DNA from: an uncultured Pelagibacterales bacterium
Lineage (GTDB): Bacteria > Pseudomonadota > Alphaproteobacteria > TMED109
Direction: 5' to 3'
Length of the DNA: 64,000 bases
Assembly (NCBI GenBank): GCA_913046335.1
Contig: CAJWSU010000004.1
Span: 30,260 to 94,259, forward strand
The stretch's first letter is position 1, and each line of letters starts with the position of its first letter. Shown one piece after another: positions 17,156 to 25,094 of this stretch. Position numbers and translations under genes: made by a program. The notes beneath the pieces are model-generated. The model was not told the origin of the DNA, searched no databases, and saw only the letters and a list, made by a program, of their open reading frames with translations.

Positions 17156-18214
17156 TTAAGGGCATGGATAAGTATATATTTTATGCACTTCATTTATTTC
17201 TTTTATAACTTCTTCGTTCAAATGACAGCTAACTGAATCAATGTTTTCTTCTAATTGTTTAAGTGAAGTAGCACCAATTATATTAGATGTTACAAAATTT
17301 TGTTGCGTAACAAAATTTATTGCCATTTGTGTTAAGTTCAAATCATATTTTTTAGCTATTTTTTGGTATTCTAAAACCGCGTTTTCAGCATGCTGGCTTG
17401 AATATCTTGAACGCATTCTCTCAAATAATGTCATTCTTGCATTTTCAGGTTTATTGCCATTTAAATATTTACCACTTAAAACACCACCAGCCAGAGGAGA
17501 ATACGGTATTAAACCGACCTCTTCATTTATAGAAATTTCTGATAAACCTACTTCATAAGACCTATTAAGAAGACTATATGGATTTTGTATCGTAACAATT
17601 CTAGGTAACTTATATTGTTCTGCAGCAGCTAAAAACTTCATTACTCCCCAAGGAGTTTCATTTGATAAACCTACATACTTAATTAAACCTTTATCTACAG
17701 CCTCAGAAAGTATTTCTAAAGTGGTTTCAATTTTAATATCATCTTCTCTAGGAGTATGTTTATAACCAAGTTGACCAAAATTATTAACATTTCTTTCTGG
17801 CCAATGTAGTTGATATAAATCAATATAGTCAGTGTTTAATCGTCTCAGACTATCATTTATTGCTTCAAATATATGTTCTTTATTTAGTCTTGGACCATTT
17901 CTAATCCAGTTTAATCCAGGAGGTCCAGAAGAAGCATTAGATGTCCTCCCTGATATTTTTGTCGCTAAAATTACTTTAGAGCGATCCTGATTTTTTAACC
18001 AAGAACCAATATATGCTTCAGTCAGTCCTGCAGTCTCTTTTTTAGGAGGAACAGCATACATTTCAGCAGTATCTATAAAATTTATTCCTTTTTCTATAGC
18101 ATAGCTTAATTGGTCATGAGCTTCTTTTTCACTATTTTGCTGCCCCCATGTCATAGTCCCAAGACATATTTCAGAAACCATAATATCTGTTTTGCCTAGT
18201 TTATTTTTTTTCAC
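17156..18214 (-). CDS. NADP(H)-dependent aldo/keto reductase, Tas-like
   Basis: The translation has LGTMTWGQQNSEKEAHDQL..INFIDTAEMY, YQLHWPER and GLSNETPWG. Confidence 0.9.
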   Translation of the reverse strand: MKKNKLGKTDIMVSEICLGTMTWGQQNSEKEAHDQLSYAIEKGINFIDTAEMYAVPPKKETAGLTEAYIGSWLKNQDRSKVILATKISGRTSNASSGPPGLNWIRNGPRLNKEHIFEAINDSLRRLNTDYIDLYQLHWPERNVNNFGQLGYKHTPREDDIKIETTLEILSEAVDKGLIKYVGLSNETPWGVMKFLAAAEQYKLPRIVTIQNPYSLLNRSYEVGLSEISINEEVGLIPYSPLAGGVLSGKYLNGNKPENARMTLFERMRSRYSSQHAENAVLEYQKIAKKYDLNLTQMAINFVTQQNFVTSNIIGATSLKQLEENIDSVSCHLNEEVIKEINEVHKIYTYPCP

Positions 18215-18330
18215 TTATATGATCCTTTTTTAATATTTAGTGGTATACTTTCTTAAATTATAATTTTTCAGTTATAGTTATTATTATTTTAAGACTAAGT
18301 CATCATTTTTTTTATAATAAGGTATTTGAA

Positions 18331-19317
18331 ATGAAAATAGAACCCATAGGAATAACGCTTCACCAGCTAAAAATATTTTGGACAGTAGCGCAGGCTTCAT
18401 CCTTTACTAAGGCAAGCAAAATACTTGGTCTAGCGCAACCTTCATTGTCTCAACAAATATCTAAATTAGAAGATGAAGTAGGCTCACTATTATTTAAAAG
18501 AGGGCGGTCACAAATGAGTTTAACTGAGGCAGGAGCATTTTTGCAAAGAAGATCAGAGATTATGCTGTCTAGTATAGAAGAGACTATGGTAGGATTAAGA
18601 CAATTCGGAAGTGGGCAAAAAGGACTAATATCTATAGGATTATTATCATCTGTCGCTAGAAACTTACTGCCTGCAGCTTCAGAAAAATTAGCAGAAAAAT
18701 TTCCTGATATAGAATTAGATATATTAGAAATATCTCCTGTAGAAGCAATAGACTTATTGTATGGTAGACAATTATCCGTCGCGGTATTAGCTGAAGATTC
18801 TATTGCTAAAAGTATACTATCATTTAGCAAAACTAATTTATTCGAAGATCCTTATGTGTTAGCTGTTCCAAAATCGATTTCCTTGGAAAATATAAGAAAC
18901 TTAGATGAATTAAAAAATTCTCCTGTGAGTAAAGCATTAAGTAATATTATTCAGTTTGAGTTCGGTAATCAGCATAAAAAAAGAATAGAAGAATGGTTTA
19001 CAAGTGTATTACCAAATTCGAGAGTTTTTGCAAAAACAAGAACTTATGAGGTTGCTCTTTCTATGGTGCAATCAGGTAGAGGAGTCGCAGTAGTGCCAGC
19101 ATTAGCAGCAAGACTGGGTGGAAAAAATCTAGATTTTGATGTAAATTTGTATAGAACTAACTTACCAGTTAGAAAAATCATATCTTTAATTCCTTCGCAG
19201 TATGTGAGAGTAGAACCATATAAATCTTTTATTGAGGCTTTGACAGAAGCGGGTAAAAAGATGAAGTTGCCAAAAATCCATAAAGTTCCACCAATACTTG
19301 AATCTTTAAGTGTTTAA
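18331..19317 (+). CDS. LysR-family transcriptional regulator
   Basis: An N-terminal wHTH (LHQLKIFWTVAQASSFTKASKILGLAQPSLSQQISKLE) is followed by a substrate-binding domain. It is divergent from the aldo/keto reductase gene. Confidence 0.9.
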   Translation: MKIEPIGITLHQLKIFWTVAQASSFTKASKILGLAQPSLSQQISKLEDEVGSLLFKRGRSQMSLTEAGAFLQRRSEIMLSSIEETMVGLRQFGSGQKGLISIGLLSSVARNLLPAASEKLAEKFPDIELDILEISPVEAIDLLYGRQLSVAVLAEDSIAKSILSFSKTNLFEDPYVLAVPKSISLENIRNLDELKNSPVSKALSNIIQFEFGNQHKKRIEEWFTSVLPNSRVFAKTRTYEVALSMVQSGRGVAVVPALAARLGGKNLDFDVNLYRTNLPVRKIISLIPSQYVRVEPYKSFIEALTEAGKKMKLPKIHKVPPILESLSV

Positions 19318-19413
19318 ATTTGGCTATAGGATATACCAATTTATACTATAGGTTTTAAAATTAAAAATTTTAGGTACATTAAATTATATTTAATTAATTA
19401 AGGGATAAATACA

Positions 19414-19488
19414 ATGTGGAAATCACCAGTAGTTCTTGAAGTAGCAGTTGGTCTAGAAATTAATTGTTATGCTTGTGCAGAAATCTAA
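19414..19488 (+). CDS. pqqA: PqqA-like peptide (24 aa: MWKSPVVLEVAVGLEINCYACAEI)
   Basis: My own translation. It matches the PqqA pattern W-x-x-P-x-x-x-E-x-x-x-G-x-E-I-N-x-Y (cross-linking E-x3-Y pair). AAGGGA lies 8 nt upstream and a strong terminator lies downstream. Confidence 0.6.
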   Translation: MWKSPVVLEVAVGLEINCYACAEI

Positions 19489-19509
19489 ATTTTAGATTAA
19501 ATGTATTCT

Positions 19510-19540
19510 AAAAACCGGTTTTTTAAACCGGTTTTTTTTT
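19510..19540. terminator. bidirectional rho-independent terminator
   Basis: AAAAACCGGTTT-ttt-AAACCGGTTTTT forms a 12-bp stem, flanked by a T-run on the + strand and an A-run (T-run on the - strand). It lies between the convergent pqqA-like and emrB genes. Confidence 0.8.
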
Positions 19541-21020
19541 ATTCTTTTTTTAGGCCCTTAACAAAAAATATAAGAGGGGAAATTACAAGAGCCATAATTC
19601 CCATTATTAGCATAATTTGATTAAAGGCCATGGCGCTTGCCTCTTCTATACCTATTTTGTGAAGTATTTCTGAAGCTATTTTTATTTTTTCTGGTGAATT
19701 ACTTAAATATTTAGGAATTAAATTGTTTAATTTTGTTAAAAATAATTGAGATTGATAAAGTACTTTTGAAGTTATATTGCTAATCTCTAAATAGTTTTCA
19801 GTTATTTTGAGTTCAAAAAGAGTATTAGAAGCTGCTATGCCAATAGCTGCACCTAATCTATTCATTAGTGAATAAAGACCGCTTCCATCCTTTATTTTAT
19901 TAGCAGGTAAATAGCCAATTGATAAAAGGACTAATGGAAGAAAGCATAGCTGTGCTGATAAACCTCTTATGATTTGTGGCCATATGATTTCATTTAAACC
20001 TATTTCTGAAATCATAAAACCTTGAAGCCATGTGCCGGTCGCCAGCATAATGAAGCCTATAAAAGCAACTGTTCTTCTATTAACTACCTTAAAAAGAAAT
20101 AAGGCAAGAAAACCAGATGCTACTTGTGCTGTTCCCATTATATATACCATAGAAGCTATTGTTGTCCCGTCTAGGCCACGAGTCCTTGCTATAAAAACAG
20201 GCAGAATATATTGAGTAGCAAATATTATGATGCCCCATATAAATACTAAGATAGTACAAATTAAAAAATTTCTATTAGCAAATATTCGTAAATCAACTAT
20301 TGGGTTTTTAGTTTTTAATTCTCTCAAAATAAAAAGAAAGAAACTACATAGGCATATTAAAGATAAAGTGCAAATTAGGTTGGATTCAAACCAATATTCT
20401 CTTCTACCTTCTTCTAGAACAGCTAATCCTGTCCCTAAGAATAAAGCAGCTAATATGATTCCTATGAAATCTATCTTGTTCCACAAATATTCTTTTTTAT
20501 CAAAATCAGCGAGTTTTAATACAAGAATACCTATGATAAGTGAAAAAGGTGCATTGACTAAAAATACAAACCTCCATCCAATTTCATCACTTATCCAACC
20601 TCCCATATGAGGTCCTAATGCTGAAGCAGAGGTTGCAATTACTCCTGTCATTATTGCAACAAATTGCTGCTCCTTTTTTGGAAATATTGTAAATAATGTT
20701 GCAAACATTGCAGGCATCATACCTCCTCCAAAAAAGCCTTGAAGTACTCTAAAAAATATCATTGATTCAATGGACCAAGAAAGTCCACAAAGTATGGAAG
20801 CTATAGTAAACCCTATAGAACACATAAAAAAGAATCTTTTAGTGGACATAGCTCTAGTTAACCAACCAGATAAAGGAAGCATAATTACTTCTGCTATTAA
20901 AAAAGAAGTAACAACCCAGCTCACTTGATCTGGCGCTGCTCCTAACCCCCCTTGAATATGTCTATAAGCGGCGCCAATATTTTGTACACTAATCAAATTA
21001 AAGAACATACCTAGAGTCAT
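19539..21020 (-). CDS. emrB: DHA2-family MFS efflux permease (EmrB/QacA-like, 14 TM helices)
   Basis: The translation has GLGAAPDQVSWVVTSFLIAEVIMLPLSGWL and FFRVLQGFFGGGMMP. It lies downstream of an HlyD/EmrA gene. The ATG falls inside predicted TM1 (see findings). Confidence 0.85.
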   Translation of the reverse strand: MTLGMFFNLISVQNIGAAYRHIQGGLGAAPDQVSWVVTSFLIAEVIMLPLSGWLTRAMSTKRFFFMCSIGFTIASILCGLSWSIESMIFFRVLQGFFGGGMMPAMFATLFTIFPKKEQQFVAIMTGVIATSASALGPHMGGWISDEIGWRFVFLVNAPFSLIIGILVLKLADFDKKEYLWNKIDFIGIILAALFLGTGLAVLEEGRREYWFESNLICTLSLICLCSFFLFILRELKTKNPIVDLRIFANRNFLICTILVFIWGIIIFATQYILPVFIARTRGLDGTTIASMVYIMGTAQVASGFLALFLFKVVNRRTVAFIGFIMLATGTWLQGFMISEIGLNEIIWPQIIRGLSAQLCFLPLVLLSIGYLPANKIKDGSGLYSLMNRLGAAIGIAASNTLFELKITENYLEISNITSKVLYQSQLFLTKLNNLIPKYLSNSPEKIKIASEILHKIGIEEASAMAFNQIMLIMGIMALVISPLIFFVKGLKKE

Positions 21021-21160
21021 TAACCAGAAAGCAATTTTATTTTTACTACTTTTTGAGATGGAAAAGATTTATTTATTCCCTATTAATATTTTAAAATATT
21101 AAAGTAAATATTAACTGAATAAGTTAAATAAACTAATTTTATTTTTAAACTTATATATTT

Positions 21161-22273
21161 CTATGGTTTAGTTTCAATTGAAACATAAACAGAAAGACCT
21201 GGGACAATCCGGCCAAGCATATTTTTTGGGGTTTGAAATGTTATTTTGACAGGAACCCTTTGGACTACTTTTACAAAATTACCAGATGCGTTTTGAGGAG
21301 GAAGTAGACTAAAAGAGGCTGATGATGCTGGTGCTATAGAATGAACTACACCAGTAATTGTATTCTTTCTAAATGCATCAAAATATAATTTTACTTTCTG
21401 ACCAACTTTAATATCTTCTACTTGCGTTTCTTTATAGTTAGCTATAATCCAAATATCATGAACCGGAACTATTGCCATTAAAGGCCAGCCATCTTCAACG
21501 TATATGCCTGGTTCTGCAATACGATTAGCTATAACACCATCTATAGGCGCGTATATTTTTGTAGATTTTAGATCAACAATTGCCATTTTTAATTCAGCTT
21601 TTGATTTATCTAAATCAGCTTCTGATTTTTTAATCTCTACAATTAATTCATTTTTAAGAGAATCTATTTTTTCTCTTTCTGTGGAGAGCACTTTTAGTTT
21701 ATTCTTTATAGAATTTGTTTTTGCTAAAGCTGAATCTAGTCCATGAGTGGTTGTTTGAACCTTTGTTATAGCTTCATCTAATTTTGATTTTGATACTGAT
21801 TTTTTTTCAAATAACTTTTCTATTCTTTTTAGGTTTTGTTCGGCTAGTTTTAGTTCACTGGAATATGCCTTAGCTTGAGAGCTATAAATCTTAATTTCAC
21901 TCTTAACAAGTTCCATCTTAGCATCTAAATTATTAAATGAAGAATTAATAGTATTAATTTTAGCTTTTACTGCTTCTATATTAGCTTCTGCTGCATCTAA
22001 AGAAGCTTTTAAGGCATTTACTTTATTTTCGTAAGGCTCAGAATCTAGAATTGCTAATAGATCATTTTTCTTAACAACAGAATTTGTTAAAGCTGGAACT
22101 TCTCTTACATAACTAGAAACTCTTGAAGATATGGTTGTAATAGATGCTCTTACATAAGCATTATCTGTAGAAACTAAACTTTTGTTTGTATTCCACCATT
22201 CTAATCCAGCTATTAATGCAAAAGCTATTACAATAATAGATATAAAAATTATAGTTAGCTTCTTAAGTTTCAT
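21161..22273 (-). CDS. emrA: HlyD-family membrane fusion protein (EmrA-like)
   Basis: An N-terminal anchor is followed by a long coiled coil and a beta-barrel (ANRIAEPGIYV, IKVGQKV). The ATG at 22273 has an AGGA 6 nt upstream; the track ORF begins 9 codons earlier. Confidence 0.85.
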   Translation of the reverse strand: MKLKKLTIIFISIIVIAFALIAGLEWWNTNKSLVSTDNAYVRASITTISSRVSSYVREVPALTNSVVKKNDLLAILDSEPYENKVNALKASLDAAEANIEAVKAKINTINSSFNNLDAKMELVKSEIKIYSSQAKAYSSELKLAEQNLKRIEKLFEKKSVSKSKLDEAITKVQTTTHGLDSALAKTNSIKNKLKVLSTEREKIDSLKNELIVEIKKSEADLDKSKAELKMAIVDLKSTKIYAPIDGVIANRIAEPGIYVEDGWPLMAIVPVHDIWIIANYKETQVEDIKVGQKVKLYFDAFRKNTITGVVHSIAPASSASFSLLPPQNASGNFVKVVQRVPVKITFQTPKNMLGRIVPGLSVYVSIETKP

Positions 22274-22409
22274 AAATTTTCCTAAATAAATTTGGCCCAT
22301 ATTATCATATTTACATATATAATAGTACTTAAATTAAGCAATAAAGACGTATTTTAAAGTGTAATAGGTATGCACCATATGCATGGCTTATTGAGTTTTG
22401 AGCTGAGAT

Positions 22410-22485
22410 TGGTGGAGCCGAGGGGGATCGAACCCCTGACCTCATGACTGCCAGCCATGCGCTCTCCCAGCTGAGCTACGGCCCC
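22410..22485 (-). tRNA. tRNA-Ala (anticodon GGC)
   Basis: The minus strand reads GGGGCCGTAGCTCAGCTGGGAGAGCGCATGGCTGGCAGTCATGAGGTCAGGGGTTCGATCCCCCTCGGCTCCACCA. The G3:U70 identity pair is present and the anticodon loop is CTGGCAG. Confidence 0.95.
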
Positions 22486-22498
22486 CACTAATTAATAA

Positions 22499-22882
22499 CT
22501 AAGTGTCGCTTTCTTCGCTTTTATCATGTACATCAAGGTCTGCTATGCCTGATAAATTTTCTGAATCTTCATCGTCTTCAATATTAATTCCATCTTCTTC
22601 AGCAATTAGGTTCTCATCTAAATCCTCAATAGAAACTAGGTTTTCTAACTCACTATCCAATTCTTCCTCATCCTCTAATGCTGTATCTTGGTTTTCTACT
22701 TTTACTTTAGGTGCCTCTACTAAAGGCTTTTTGTTAAGAGGAGGCCTACCTAATCTTGGTTTTATTTTAATAATAATTTCTGCGCCACATTTAGGACATT
22801 TCGGCACTTCTTTTTTCAAATCATAAAATTTTGTTCCACACGAAGCACAAAGTTGTTTGTTACCTAATTCTGCTTTAGCCAT
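22499..22882 (-). CDS. FYDLN_acid family protein (zinc ribbon plus acidic tail)
   Basis: The translation begins MAKAELGNKQLCASCGTKFYDLKKEVPKCPKCG and ends in a D/E-rich tail. GGAGGAAT precedes this ATG; the track ORF starts 28 codons earlier. Confidence 0.8.
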   Translation of the reverse strand: MAKAELGNKQLCASCGTKFYDLKKEVPKCPKCGAEIIIKIKPRLGRPPLNKKPLVEAPKVKVENQDTALEDEEELDSELENLVSIEDLDENLIAEEDGINIEDDEDSENLSGIADLDVHDKSEESDT

Positions 22883-23007
22883 AAAATTCCTCCACTTATT
22901 TACCTTATATAAAGAATGCATTTGCCATTTAATTATATAGATGTCAAAAAAGAATTGTAAATTCAATTTTTAGTTTGTAATTATAATTTACATTAAAGTA
23001 AATAAAT

Positions 23008-24351
23008 ATGATAAAAAAAAATATTATAAAAAATAACCTTAGTTCTCATAAAGTTAGAGAATTAAAAGGTATTATCAGTCCTCCACCAGATAAATCTATA
23101 TCTCATAGGGCTCTACTATTTTCTGCTTTAGCTATGGGAAAAAGTACTATTGTTAATTTATTACATTCTGAAGATGTATTAAATATGGTTAAAGCCTTAA
23201 AAGCCTTAGGTGTAAATATTATAAAAAGAAGTAATATATATTATGTTATAGGAGTAGGGCTAAATGGTTTTAATACTCCTAGTAAACATATTGATTGCGG
23301 AAATAGCGGCACTCTAGCAAGGATACTTTTGGGTGCTATAGGAGGAAGTGAAATATTAGCTACTCTTGTTGGAGATTCATCATTGAGCAGTAGGCCTATG
23401 GATAGAGTAATAAATCCATTAAAAAAAATGGGTATATCGTTTGATTCTATAAATAATAAATTACCACTAATAGTAAGAGGCGCAAGTGATATTTTGCCAA
23501 TCAAATATATTTCACCAATTTCATCTGCTCAAGTAAAAACGACTATATTATTAGCAGGACTTAATTCTGAAGGTACTTCTGAGATTATTGAGCCATATTC
23601 TTCACGCAATCATTCTGAAAATTTATTAAAGTATTATGGAGCTGATATCAAATATGATACAAAAAAATCAGGGAAAAATAGTGTTTTAATTACTGGAGGA
23701 GTAGTATTAAAAAGCTGTAATATAATTGTACCAGGAGATATTTCTTCTGCCGCTTTTGCTTTAGTAGCTGCAACCATCACTCCGGGTTCATATATTAAAA
23801 TATTGAATGTAGGAATAAATTATTTTAGATCAGGCATATTAGAAGCTTTAGATTTAATGGGTGCAAAAATAAGTTTAGAAAATAAAATTACCAATGATTA
23901 TCAAGAACCTTTAGCAGATATAACTGTAAAATATTCTAAACTAAAGGGTGTTAATATATCCAGCTCTTATTCTTCTAGAATGATTGATGAGTATCCTATA
24001 TTAGCTATAGCGGCTGCAGTTGCTTCAGGTAAAACTAAATTAAGCGGTTTAGCAGAATTACGCCATAAAGAAAGTGATAGGTTTAAGGCAATTATAAATG
24101 GCTTAGAAAGTTGCGGTATAAAAGTGGAGTCAGATAATGATGATATTATAATCTATGGCAACAATAAAATTTTGGGTGGCACAACTATAGATTGTAATCA
24201 TGATCATAGAGTTGCTATGTCTTTTATGATACTAGGAGCTTTATCATTGAAACCTATAAAAGTGATTGGCTGTAAGTCAATATCAACCTCCTACCCAACC
24301 TTTGTTTCTGATATGAATTGTTTAGGAATGGATATTAGGAGTAATGATTAA
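23008..24351 (+). CDS. aroA: 3-phosphoshikimate 1-carboxyvinyltransferase (EPSP synthase)
   Basis: The translation has PPDKSISHRALLF, GNSGTLARIL, LRHKESDR and DHRVAMSF. Confidence 0.95.
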   Translation: MIKKNIIKNNLSSHKVRELKGIISPPPDKSISHRALLFSALAMGKSTIVNLLHSEDVLNMVKALKALGVNIIKRSNIYYVIGVGLNGFNTPSKHIDCGNSGTLARILLGAIGGSEILATLVGDSSLSSRPMDRVINPLKKMGISFDSINNKLPLIVRGASDILPIKYISPISSAQVKTTILLAGLNSEGTSEIIEPYSSRNHSENLLKYYGADIKYDTKKSGKNSVLITGGVVLKSCNIIVPGDISSAAFALVAATITPGSYIKILNVGINYFRSGILEALDLMGAKISLENKITNDYQEPLADITVKYSKLKGVNISSSYSSRMIDEYPILAIAAAVASGKTKLSGLAELRHKESDRFKAIINGLESCGIKVESDNDDIIIYGNNKILGGTTIDCNHDHRVAMSFMILGALSLKPIKVIGCKSISTSYPTFVSDMNCLGMDIRSND

Positions 24352-25000
24352 TACAAACATAACTATCGCAATAGATGGAACAGCTGCTTCTGGAAAGGGA
24401 ACTTTAGCAAGGTCTTTAGCTAAAGAGTTTAAATTTGCTTATTTGGATACAGGGAAACTCTATAGGGCTTCTGCATTAATAATTAGTAAAGAAAATATTC
24501 ATTTTGAAAATATTAATGATGTAATAACAGTAATTAAAAACTTTGATTTCTCCAAATTCAATTTTTTTGATGAAAGTCTAAAAAGTGACGAGATAGGTAA
24601 ATTAGCCTCTATGATATCTGGTTATAAGGAGTTAAGAAACATATTATTAGAATATCAAAAAAGCTTTTCCTATAAAAGTCATAATAATAAATTAGGTGTT
24701 ATATTAGATGGAAGAGATATAGGCACGGTAGTGTTACCTGAGGCTGATATAAAGTTTTTTATTACTGCATCTTTAAGCGCAAGAGCAGAAAGAAGATGGA
24801 AAGAGTTGATTTCCTTAGGACAAAGTACTATAAAGCGCCGTGTTGAGAAAGATATGCGAGATCGTGATGAACGTGATAGTAAAAGACAGTATTCACCTTT
24901 AGTTGCAGCTCCAGATGCAATCTTACTTGACACCACCAATTTAGATGCTAATGAATCGTTTTTATTAGCTAAAAAATATGTAGATGAGCACTTAAATTAA
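24344..25000 (+). CDS. cmk: cytidylate kinase
   Basis: The translation has IAIDGTAASGKGT (P-loop), DTGKLYRA and GRDIGTVV. It follows aroA, as in many bacteria. Confidence 0.95.
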   Translation: MINTNITIAIDGTAASGKGTLARSLAKEFKFAYLDTGKLYRASALIISKENIHFENINDVITVIKNFDFSKFNFFDESLKSDEIGKLASMISGYKELRNILLEYQKSFSYKSHNNKLGVILDGRDIGTVVLPEADIKFFITASLSARAERRWKELISLGQSTIKRRVEKDMRDRDERDSKRQYSPLVAAPDAILLDTTNLDANESFLLAKKYVDEHLN

Positions 25001-25094
25001 CATTATTTAAGTATTTTAGCTTCAAGGTGGGAAGCATTTAAACCCAATTATTATAATTGGACGCATCAAAGAAAGTTTAAAGGATTAATTTAAA

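Noticed and set aside
18450-18830. Antisense ORFs of 100-127 aa inside the LysR gene (18450-18830). Similar ones occur at 20227-20610 (emrB), 16509-16823 (OYE), 17241-17558 (AKR), 22503-22826, 6863-7189 and 51549-51908.
   Set aside because: Each lies wholly within a strongly supported gene on the other strand. All have Ser/Leu/Phe-rich, low-complexity translations and lack motifs. They are treated as frame shadows.
25025-25070. Small hairpins (GCTTC-aaggtgg-GAAGC and CCAATTAT-t-ATAATTGG) in the rpsA leader, considered as a possible regulatory RNA.
   Set aside because: The stems are short, and I could not support a defined conserved structure from sequence alone. An S1 autoregulatory leader is plausible but not demonstrable here.
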